DNA from: a virus | DNA length: 32,000 nt | IMG/VR virus record: IMGVR_UViG_3300022719_000152 | Location: 22,794 to 54,793 of that record | Strand: one strand, 5' to 3' | Part shown: piece by piece, positions 22,056 through 29,025 of the stretch | Layout of the letters: every line of letters begins with the position of its first letter | How positions within the stretch are numbered: position 1 is the first letter of the stretch | The notes under the pieces: generated by a model | The model's input: only the letters and a program-made list of their open reading frames with translations | Database searches by the model: none | What the model was told of the DNA's origin: nothing | Program-made: the position numbers and the translations under genes

Positions 22056-22139
22056 TGGTGCCGAGAGGGGGTTCCAACCTCACGCCCGAAGGCAGGAGAT
22101 TTTAAGTCTCCAGCGTCTAGCAAGTTCCGCCATCTCGGC
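22056..22139 (-). tRNA. type-II tRNA-like gene, Leu(TAA)-like, with non-canonical T arm (possible pseudo-tRNA)
   Basis: Reverse complement has acceptor GCCGAGA/TCTCGGC + A + CCA, D arm GCG..CGC, anticodon stem GGAGA/TCTCC with loop CTTAAAA, and a long variable arm GCC-TTCG-GGC. The T stem GTGAG/CCCCC pairs poorly and the D loop lacks GG. Confidence 0.45.
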
Positions 22140-22280
22140 CCATATTCCTACCTCTGTAGAGCCACAGTCCAGGTTGTCTATCATTCCAGCATCACCGCAT
22201 TATCCCTGATTTGTCACACTTTGACCCTCTTTGACTCTTTTACTGAAGCATAAAATGGACTAAGTAGGCACTAACTATGC

Positions 22281-22358
22281 ACTCACGTAGCTCAGCCCGG
22301 TAGAGCAACAGGCGTAATGAACCTGTGTGCGGGGGTTCAAATCCCTCCGTGAGTGCCA
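22281..22358 (+). tRNA. tRNA-like gene with aberrant anticodon arm (9-nt loop CGTAATGAA, or 7-nt loop with anticodon AAT)
   Basis: Acceptor ACTCACG/CGTGAGT + G + CCA, D arm GCTC..GAGC, and T arm GGGGG-TTCAAAT-CCCTC are all good. The anticodon stem ACAGG/CCTGT encloses 9 nt. Confidence 0.6.
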
Positions 22359-22420
22359 CTTGCATTTCTTGACTCACCTGACGTACTCTCTAACCATGCA
22401 TTGACCCACTCACTCACTAC

Positions 22421-22798
22421 GTGATCGTTAGAGCCGACCTCCCGGTCGGTGTCGCTGCTGCACAAATCGTCCACGCTGCCGGCGAGTCATCCCCCGGTGA
22501 CTTACCACCCAATACCTACGCTGTCGTTCTGAAAGCCAAGAACGAAGAGCAGCTCCTGCGCACAGCAGAGAGACTCTGGCAGCACCAGCTCAAACACGAG
22601 CTCATACGAGAACCCGACCCACCTTGGAACGGCGAAGCCATGGCTATTGGCCTGCAGCCGGTCCGCAAATCACTTACCCGCAAGGCTCTACGAAACCTGC
22701 GGCTCTATGGAGAACCCAATGAGAGATCAACTACTCCCCCAAATGCGTGTTGTGGAAGCGGAGCTCAAGGAACTGAAAAAGGAGTTCCGAGATCCTGA
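22421..22798 (+). CDS. PTH2-family (archaeal/eukaryotic type) peptidyl-tRNA hydrolase-like protein
   Basis: IVRADLPVGVAAAQIVHAAG and VVLKAKNEEQLL...AMAIGLQP...LRNLRLYG align by eye with human PTRH2 motifs. GTG start with no SD, 62 nt after the tRNA. Confidence 0.7.
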   Translation: MIVRADLPVGVAAAQIVHAAGESSPGDLPPNTYAVVLKAKNEEQLLRTAERLWQHQLKHELIREPDPPWNGEAMAIGLQPVRKSLTRKALRNLRLYGEPNERSTTPPNACCGSGAQGTEKGVPRS

Positions 22799-22976
22799 GA
22801 AACAACCACCCACGAACCGGAGGGCCATCTGGCTGAGGAAACAGAAGGCCACCCTCATCTACACAGCTATTGCGCATAGTCGAGGTCGCGTGCACAAGCA
22901 CAACGGAACACTGGAAGACCAGCAGAAATACCTGGACACGGAGTTACCGAAGCTCTTAGAGGCGACCGCGGCGTAA
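22707..22976 (+). CDS. hypothetical protein (89 aa)
   Basis: ATG at 22707 (MENPMRDQ...) in the 22647..22976 frame. Overlaps the hydrolase tail. Confidence 0.55.
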   Translation: MENPMRDQLLPQMRVVEAELKELKKEFRDPEKQPPTNRRAIWLRKQKATLIYTAIAHSRGRVHKHNGTLEDQQKYLDTELPKLLEATAA

Positions 22977-23067
22977 ATCGAGTGCCATGAATACTTCCCA
23001 CGCATCGGGAACTGGGCTAAGCCGATAATACTACTGGCAAACCTCACCCCATGCTAAGGTTGTATTC

Positions 23068-23352
23068 ATGGCCGACCCGAGCTCTGAGCAATTCCCTGAG
23101 CCCAGCGTCAACCGACGCCTCGACGATATAGAGCACCAGCTCAAGGCACACGAAGAGAGCCAACGCCAGCTCCAAGAAGAGACTTTGAAGAGCCAGATGT
23201 CTACGTTGGCTGAAGTCCGAGAGATGAGGTCGGAGATGCGAGATCACATGCAAATCTTCGCTCGTGAAATGAACCGAATCTACGAAGCCATTGTGGCCCA
23301 GAAAGCCAATGGTGAGCACGACCCTACCACCAATGGCGAGGCTAGTAGCTGA
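23068..23352 (+). CDS. coiled-coil protein (94 aa)
   Basis: ORF track. Heptad-like charged sequence. Confidence 0.6.
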   Translation: MADPSSEQFPEPSVNRRLDDIEHQLKAHEESQRQLQEETLKSQMSTLAEVREMRSEMRDHMQIFAREMNRIYEAIVAQKANGEHDPTTNGEASS

Positions 23353-23458
23353 AGAAAGACCTCGCCCTTAGCGGGTCGTTACCATTACGCACAGACTGAT
23401 TCGTAGATCTACGCTCGTAGCGTGACCATTGAAAGTGCTCCCAGAAAAGTTCCATGGC

Positions 23459-23746
23459 TCACGCTGCGGGTGCTTCCTTAGGCTCCTCGAGCACACTGAT
23501 GCTGCTACCGGAGAAGGAGAACCGTTTCACCTTGAACATTCTGTAGAGCTGGCCATCACGGACATAGAGCGTGAGCTCCGAACGCCACGACTGTGGAAAA
23601 CTGAGTCCCCATAGAGGAGGAACGTTCTTGGCGACGTCCATCTCTTGCCCATCAACCATCTTCTTATCGAAGTAGTAGTCGCGGATGAACTCCTGTACTT
23701 GAGCTTGCCAATCTGGGGGCAGTCCTACTTTTTTCTTAGTGGTCAT
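23459..23746 (-). CDS. hypothetical protein (95 aa)
   Basis: ORF track. 11-nt overlap with the upstream ORF. Confidence 0.6.
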   Translation of the reverse strand: MTTKKKVGLPPDWQAQVQEFIRDYYFDKKMVDGQEMDVAKNVPPLWGLSFPQSWRSELTLYVRDGQLYRMFKVKRFSFSGSSISVLEEPKEAPAA

Positions 23747-24284
23747 CTTCTTTCTTGCTCCTTTGTTCTCTTCTCTTTTGGACTAGGTCTTCAAGATTTG
23801 CAGGCAGTTGTTCGTAGGCTCCTACCTTCATCTGTTTAGACTCGGGCTTTGGGGTCTTTGCTTCTGCGGCTGTGGGTTGTGGATCTTCATCACTTGAATC
23901 TTCTGTAGTGTCGTCAGCCCGAGTAACAACTTTGGCCTTGCTCATGGTAGTAGGCTTGTCCGCTTTCTCAGTCTCTTCGATAGGGGGCATACCGCCTGCA
24001 GCTCCGATGGAACTCATATCGGCTACGGCAGCAGCAACAGGCTCAGGATGGTCTAACTCCTTGTCTATGACCAACAGCAACACATCGATCTTACCTTTGA
24101 GGGCAGCTAGCTCCTCAGACTGGCTATTGCTCTTGGCTACTAGAGCCTCGTAGGCGGCCTCATTCTTCTCGGCGAGGTCAACGTAGCGCTCCACTCCGGC
24201 AGAGAGAGCTCCAATACCAGTAACGAGCTTGAGGATGAGGCCAGCCCAACGCTTCTGTCGCGCTCTACGCTCTGTATCCGCCAT
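23736..24284 (-). CDS. membrane-anchored coiled-coil protein with acidic low-complexity tail (182 aa)
   Basis: AGGAGG SD. One N-terminal hydrophobic helix (WAGLILKLVTGIGALSAG). Confidence 0.65.
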   Translation of the reverse strand: MADTERRARQKRWAGLILKLVTGIGALSAGVERYVDLAEKNEAAYEALVAKSNSQSEELAALKGKIDVLLLVIDKELDHPEPVAAAVADMSSIGAAGGMPPIEETEKADKPTTMSKAKVVTRADDTTEDSSDEDPQPTAAEAKTPKPESKQMKVGAYEQLPANLEDLVQKRREQRSKKEDDH

Positions 24285-24298
24285 GATACCTCCTAGCT

Positions 24299-24328
24299 AA
24301 AAAGAAGGGGCCCGGAAGGCCCCTTCTT
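24299..24328 (-). terminator. rho-independent terminator-like hairpin
   Basis: On the minus strand: GAAGGGGCC-TTCCG-GGCCCCTTC followed by TTTTT. Lies 10 nt after the stop of 24339..24530. Confidence 0.6.
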
Positions 24329-24338
24329 CCCCACTATA

Positions 24339-24530
24339 TCAGTGGGGAGTTTCATCTAGGAAGCTATAGTCTTCCGGCTCAGGCTCCTGTCTGAACCTCT
24401 TGGAAGACGTCCCCCTGTTCTTTTGACGAGTGTGCTTCTCGGCGATGTGCGATTGCGCATAACTCTTGGTTGAGAAGCCCTTCCTACAGTACGGGCAACT
24501 GTAGAGAGCAACTTCAGCTTGTGATCCCAT
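24339..24530 (-). CDS. classical C2H2 zinc-finger protein (63 aa)
   Basis: YSCPYCRKGFSTKSYAQSHIAEKH matches Y-x-C-x2-C-x3-F-x8-H-x4-H. Confidence 0.6.
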   Translation of the reverse strand: MGSQAEVALYSCPYCRKGFSTKSYAQSHIAEKHTRQKNRGTSSKRFRQEPEPEDYSFLDETPH

Positions 24531-25074
24531 TTTCCTGTCTCCATTGCTGGCGGTCCCTCACCACTTGGGCTGGTGTGGGATTCTTAGACCATGGCCAACG
24601 GTCATACGGACCATTGGGCCACTCGTCTCTCCGGTAGTTGACCTTCTGGCCAGCCTTCCGTCGAGCACGTCGTTCTATCCAGCAATCGATATACGGATGC
24701 TTGTCCTTTTGGAAGAGGTAAATGAACCCCATGTGCCCAAAGTAGAGCAGCCAGAAGACCAGCCCGAATATCACCTGCAGGAGGCTATGATCGAGCTCGT
24801 GGATGACTGTCTTCTCAGCCCACTCATCGTCCCATGGGCTAGGCTCATCACGATAGAAGATCCAAGCGAACCCTCCATGACCTCCCCAGTCCAACCACAG
24901 CTTCCAATGCCACGGCTCAATGTCCTTGTGTGCAAGCCGTAGCTTGAACGCAGGAAACTTGTAGCCCATGTACTTGTAGTCCTTGAAAGGCAACCACAAG
25001 AGCAGAGCGTAGAGAGTGTAGCCCACAAACGGTAGCCCCCAATTGATACCCACAATCCAAAGAGCGATTTCCAT
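24514..25074 (-). CDS. membrane protein with HExxH motif (186 aa)
   Basis: Hydrophobic N-terminus and central helix. HELDH motif. Confidence 0.65.
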   Translation of the reverse strand: MEIALWIVGINWGLPFVGYTLYALLLWLPFKDYKYMGYKFPAFKLRLAHKDIEPWHWKLWLDWGGHGGFAWIFYRDEPSPWDDEWAEKTVIHELDHSLLQVIFGLVFWLLYFGHMGFIYLFQKDKHPYIDCWIERRARRKAGQKVNYRRDEWPNGPYDRWPWSKNPTPAQVVRDRQQWRQENGITS

Positions 25075-25076
25075 TC

Positions 25077-25268
25077 CTACACTCCCGTCTCAGGATCGAT
25101 GCAGCTATCGCATCGACTACCTCGACCCATTGGCATGCACTCATGGCAGCCTTCGTAATAGCACTCCGGACATGTGAGCTTGTAGAAAGGCTCTTCGTCC
25201 TTTTTGCTTTCTTCATCTTGCGGCTGATCACAGCCTCCGCAAGTGTCTTCTTCCCAGACTGGAAACAT
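25077..25268 (-). CDS. small Cys-rich protein (63 aa)
   Basis: TGATG overlap at 25268. CGGC, CPEC, CHEC and CDSC motifs. Confidence 0.55.
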   Translation of the reverse strand: MFPVWEEDTCGGCDQPQDEESKKDEEPFYKLTCPECYYEGCHECMPMGRGSRCDSCIDPETGV

Positions 25269-25732
25269 CAGTAGTACCCCCAGTTTTCTTTGAGGCACTT
25301 CTTCAGCACCCCGATTCCAATAGCAGCACGTCTACGAGTCATCCCTCTATCGAGGCGCCACTGTGTCCAACACCCAATCACGTCTTCGACATACGGCATG
25401 CGGGCCTTGATTGCATACCGATAGTTGTAACCAGCCAGGATGAGATAGATGACATTGTCTCCCCACTTCTGAGTGAGCTGATCGATGACCTTGTCTTCCC
25501 AATCCTTGAGCTGGTCCTTGGTGAGGTCATCGAGCTTCAAATCGTAGGGTTCGATGGCCTGGTCAGGCATGACCAAACCATGCTTGGCCGAGAGGATACC
25601 CCACTCATCAACTCTCCAACGCTCAGTGATCCAAGCCTTGGAGAGATTGAAGATCGGCCCACAGTAGAGCTCTTGCGCCGGTGCCGCATGGGGTAACTTG
25701 GTAGCAGAGCACGAAATCAGGCCTATCCTCAT
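25268..25732 (-). CDS. DUF6884-like protein (154 aa)
   Basis: ATG at 25732 (MRIGLISCSATK...). The pattern ELYCGPIF...WGILSAKHGLVMPDQAIEPYD matches DUF6884 (family name from memory). Confidence 0.65.
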   Translation of the reverse strand: MRIGLISCSATKLPHAAPAQELYCGPIFNLSKAWITERWRVDEWGILSAKHGLVMPDQAIEPYDLKLDDLTKDQLKDWEDKVIDQLTQKWGDNVIYLILAGYNYRYAIKARMPYVEDVIGCWTQWRLDRGMTRRRAAIGIGVLKKCLKENWGYY

Positions 25733-25858
25733 ACATCCCACCGTACATGTCCGAGCTGACCTGCGCCTCGAACAAGGTCTTGGCAAGGCGTGCAGAGTTG
25801 CTCGCCACTACTACTGGAAATGAGATTGGTGCAGTCGTCTGAAGCACAAACAACCTCC

Positions 25859-26314
25859 TCAGCTTCCGTCTTGTTCGGAGGGCTCCATCTTTCGTCCTCC
25901 CATATCGAGGACGGCACCATTACCGCTGTCCCCCCATTGCTTCTTCTCACTGGTTCTTCTATCTCCACGGTTCTTCCACCTTTCTCTGTGCTTCCAGTGC
26001 TCCCAATACGTGTTGAGCACTCGTTCCCTGAATTCAGTGACTCGCTTGCCGTTCTTCTCAAGACGCCAGACGGTGCCGCTGCCGAAGTATTGAACCTCCG
26101 TTTCCTTTGGCTTCTTCTTGAGGAGCAGTTCCTCCCAGATGAAAGGATGGGTGACACACGTCAACGTCATCACTCCGTCGCTGCCACCAGACTCATGCGG
26201 TTCAAAGCTCTTGAACACGTACTCTCTGCCTCCGCCTCTTGTGAAAAACAGAAACAGGAACATGATGCCTACGCAGATGTAGGCTAGTGTCTCGAATGAT
26301 GTCGGATCTTGCAT
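25859..26314 (-). CDS. hypothetical protein with N-terminal TM helix (151 aa)
   Basis: ORF track. Preferred over the overlapping 25729..26157 frame on composition. Confidence 0.55.
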   Translation of the reverse strand: MQDPTSFETLAYICVGIMFLFLFFTRGGGREYVFKSFEPHESGGSDGVMTLTCVTHPFIWEELLLKKKPKETEVQYFGSGTVWRLEKNGKRVTEFRERVLNTYWEHWKHRERWKNRGDRRTSEKKQWGDSGNGAVLDMGGRKMEPSEQDGS

Positions 26315-26643
26315 ATCCAGTTCTCCTCGATGAATCTCCGTTTCACGGGCGGGTGTTTAGCCGACGGCCCATCTCCCACTTTGCAGAGTCCTGACCTGAT
26401 CGCCTCCACTGCGTTGAAAGCCGACTTCAAAGTCATGAAGCCAGTACCTCTTGGTGTGCAGAGAAGATGGTCTGGGTACTCAGGGTCTATGACTGCGTAG
26501 GGAAAGATAGCGGTTGGATGACCACAATGAGTAACCACCCAACCGCTCTCGTGTCTCCACGTAGCAAAGAGCTTTTGGCCTGGAGGAGTGAGTCGTTTCC
26601 AACCCGCCCGCTTCAACCCGTCATCTCCATGCCGTGTTCCCAA
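26284..26643 (-). CDS. hypothetical protein (about 110-119 aa; TTG start at 26643 or 26616)
   Basis: No in-frame ATG near the 5' end. Overlaps the stop of the ATPase gene. Confidence 0.5.
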   Translation of the reverse strand: MGTRHGDDGLKRAGWKRLTPPGQKLFATWRHESGWVVTHCGHPTAIFPYAVIDPEYPDHLLCTPRGTGFMTLKSAFNAVEAIRSGLCKVGDGPSAKHPPVKRRFIEENWICKIRHHSRH

Positions 26644-28469
26644 AGGAGGGGATCCCCCGCACGCAGGTTCTGGCCGTTGACCTCAACCAGCCCGTTGCTG
26701 CGCAGCTTGCTCAAGTAGGTACTGAACGTCCCACTTGTTGGAGAGACACCAATCTGTTCCCCCATCTCCTCTCGAGAGATGTCATCAGGGAACTCACCGC
26801 GCAGAACACGGATCATCTTTGCTGGTGTACCGCCCAAAGCGTTGCACCACATTTCAACAACCTCCCCATTGTTCTGGGGAGGAGTGATGTTGTCACCAAT
26901 CCAGGCGACAGCTTCGGGAGTAGGGGCAAACAGCCCATTCTCCTCACTAACCAGGCCAGCCGTCCGCAGCTTGGAAAGATACGTGCTGAACGTACCACTC
27001 GTGTGCTTCAGGTTGGCCAAGGAGCCCCATTGTGGCTTGGTGAACCTCGCCGGCCGGCAATTGACCAGGACCTCTACCAGTCGCTTGGCGCCGCCGGTGA
27101 TACCACTGTAATCCCCTACATCAACGGACATAGGGATAGGCTCCGCATGAGGAGCTGCTCGTACCACAGTCATCGCTGGGGTGGACTGAGCCTTCTTGGG
27201 CACCTTTCGAGGCCAAGCCTTGGCCTTCCTCGCCTTGACTTTAGTGGTCCTACGAACCTCTTTGGCAGCATTCTTGAGCTCCAACAGGGTGTCGTTGATC
27301 CTATTGGCGGCCTCATGGATGTTCTGCTCAATGAGCGCCTGGCCGTCCTCGACCAATCGAGCCTGCTCAAGCAGCTCGTTGTATTGGTCCTGCCAAGCGT
27401 CTATAGCCACATTCTGACCCTCCTGGAAGCCCTCTGAGCGCGCCTTCTTGATGTCAGCCTCAGAGGCTCCCCCAGCCTTCGTAGAACGCTCCAAGGAGCG
27501 AATCTGAGCTTCCAGGCCCTTGATATGAAGCTGAGCCTCCCGGAGGTCCTTTGCCTCCTTTTTGGCCTGTTCAGGGAGGTCCTGGAGTCCCTTCAGGAGC
27601 TTTTTGACCTTGGTCTTGGGCGGCGGCGTATGCACCAAAATGCCCGACCCAGGATGAGGGTGGGTGGTCTTGGTCTTCTTGTGGAATTGGACCTTGATTA
27701 CCTCCCTCTTGGAGATAGCTGGCCCCACAGCATAGAACTGCCCCACATCCAGGGCTCGAAAGAGCTCCTGGTCCTTCTTGGAAGTGAATCCCAGGTCTTC
27801 CATGGCCCGCTTTCGGTCAGCCAGTAGGTTGCAGAAGCCATAGAACTTGTTCCTGCACTCACTGAGAGCATCCTTACTGACCTTAGCCAACCGCTGGGAA
27901 GCCAAGATGAAGTTCAACCCACGCTTCCGGCCGCGGCTAAGCCCATCAATGAGTTCATCGCGGCTTGCCATTCCTCTGCTCTTGGTTTCAGGACAAAACT
28001 CTTGAGCCTCATCAATCACTATGAGCCGTTGGCCCACCAAAAGCTTCTTGGGGGCATTGATCAAAGCATGAACGAACTCTTTGACGAACTCCACCTTCTG
28101 GTCTGGCTTGAGCTCAGAGATGTCAATGATACACGACGCATTCAGCTCAAGTAGTCGGCGAGCTAGAAGCCGTGCCGATTTGGGGTGGGCTAGGACATCA
28201 CCGTCCTCATCCGCAGATGCGATGATGTAGTCATATTTCTCACGAAGAGTCCGCAGTTCCCCCTCAACATCAATGACGATGTGAGGCATGAGCCCGAAGG
28301 TCTCTTCAAGAATGAGCCTGAGAGCTTGAGACTTTCCACCACCAGAACTCGCAATGAGAGCTGTGTGAGTGGAAAGCAATCCCTCTGGAGTTAGATAGGC
28401 CTTTTGGACCTTTCGATCTCTCACCGTCGTCCCGATGCATCGGTCCGTAGGCTTAGTTGTTACTGGCAT
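26613..28469 (-). CDS. HerA/FtsK-like (DUF87-type) P-loop ATPase fused to a coiled coil and two tandem winged-helix-like units (618 aa)
   Basis: Walker A SSGGGKSQ, Walker B LIVIDEAQEF, and RGRKRGLNFILASQR. C-terminal duplicated peptide TSGTFSTYLSKLR(T/S)(A/N)GLV. Confidence 0.85.
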   Translation of the reverse strand: MPVTTKPTDRCIGTTVRDRKVQKAYLTPEGLLSTHTALIASSGGGKSQALRLILEETFGLMPHIVIDVEGELRTLREKYDYIIASADEDGDVLAHPKSARLLARRLLELNASCIIDISELKPDQKVEFVKEFVHALINAPKKLLVGQRLIVIDEAQEFCPETKSRGMASRDELIDGLSRGRKRGLNFILASQRLAKVSKDALSECRNKFYGFCNLLADRKRAMEDLGFTSKKDQELFRALDVGQFYAVGPAISKREVIKVQFHKKTKTTHPHPGSGILVHTPPPKTKVKKLLKGLQDLPEQAKKEAKDLREAQLHIKGLEAQIRSLERSTKAGGASEADIKKARSEGFQEGQNVAIDAWQDQYNELLEQARLVEDGQALIEQNIHEAANRINDTLLELKNAAKEVRRTTKVKARKAKAWPRKVPKKAQSTPAMTVVRAAPHAEPIPMSVDVGDYSGITGGAKRLVEVLVNCRPARFTKPQWGSLANLKHTSGTFSTYLSKLRTAGLVSEENGLFAPTPEAVAWIGDNITPPQNNGEVVEMWCNALGGTPAKMIRVLRGEFPDDISREEMGEQIGVSPTSGTFSTYLSKLRSNGLVEVNGQNLRAGDPLLWEHGMEMTG

Positions 28470-28474
28470 AGTTG

Positions 28475-28484
28475 GTCTCCGGTT
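28475..28484 (-). promoter_or_regulatory. AACCGGAGAC box variant
   Basis: One mismatch to the box. 5 nt upstream of the ATG at 28469 on the minus strand. Confidence 0.5.
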
Positions 28485-28496
28485 ATGTTGTTGTGA

Positions 28497-28802
28497 TCAG
28501 CCCACTCCGATGTAGAGGTTCTTCAGCGCCTCTTCCACTGCTTCAGCGACCGCCTTTTTGTAGAGGCGCCTAAACATCTTACGTGCCTCTTCCTCGATGT
28601 CTTTCCGGTGTCTTTTCAGCAACCTTCTTACTTCCCTGTACGCTACATCACTGATCTCTCTATCGAGTCGGGAAGCTATTTCCTTCTTCATGAGACTAGT
28701 GGCAGCTCTTTTCTGAGCCGTGGTCAACAGAGCAGAGACATCAGTAGTCACTACCGTAGACTTCTTAGCTGACGCCTTCGTCTTCTTTTTCTTTGATTTC
28801 AT
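28497..28802 (-). CDS. Lys-rich basic protein (101 aa)
   Basis: ATG at 28802 (MKSKKKKTK...) follows AGGGAGACC. Confidence 0.6.
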   Translation of the reverse strand: MKSKKKKTKASAKKSTVVTTDVSALLTTAQKRAATSLMKKEIASRLDREISDVAYREVRRLLKRHRKDIEEEARKMFRRLYKKAVAEAVEEALKNLYIGVG

Positions 28803-29025
28803 AATTGGTCTCCCTATATTCAGCAGCACAATTGCTACAAGCATTTCTTTTCAAGTGGAATTTACTGATAGGTACTCCTTCCAAGTCCCAAGCCACTTCT
28901 CTACCACAGAGCGCCTTAGTGTCAGCGCCCCCATTGGGCTTTCTACCTTTGTCTGTGAGCAAGCGTATATGCCACTTGCTCACAGACGTAGCATGGACTG
29001 TTTCGCAAAAGCTGTATTCAACCAA
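28765..29025 (-). CDS. Cys-containing small protein (86 aa; TTG 29025 or ATG 29091 start)
   Basis: The frame overlaps the tmk stop. C..H...CG...CSNC pattern. Confidence 0.5.
   Translation of the reverse strand: MVEYSFCETVHATSVSKWHIRLLTDKGRKPNGGADTKALCGREVAWDLEGVPISKFHLKRNACSNCAAEYRETNYEIKEKEDEGVS

Noticed and set aside
22231-22256. Sigma-70-like promoter TTGACT / TAAAAT upstream of the plus-strand tRNA
   Set aside because: The spacer is only 14 nt, and the host and its promoter rules are unknown. It is not supported well enough to list as a feature.
22815-22824. AACCGGAGGG box variant inside ORF 22707..22976
   Set aside because: No start codon follows within 15 nt, so it is treated as a chance or near-miss occurrence.
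23402-23413. 12-bp perfect palindrome CGTAGATCTACG in the convergent intergenic region
   Set aside because: It occurs only once, contains a common restriction-type core, and has no flanking context suggesting function.
25729-26157. 142-aa minus-strand ORF overlapping 25859..26314 in another frame
   Set aside because: It is Ser/Arg-rich and low-complexity. The alternative frame gives a TM helix plus normal globular-looking sequence.
26634-27437. 267-aa plus-strand ORF (with 26779..27111 and 27196..27417)
   Set aside because: It is antisense to the 618-aa ATPase, which has clear Walker motifs. Its composition is not protein-like.
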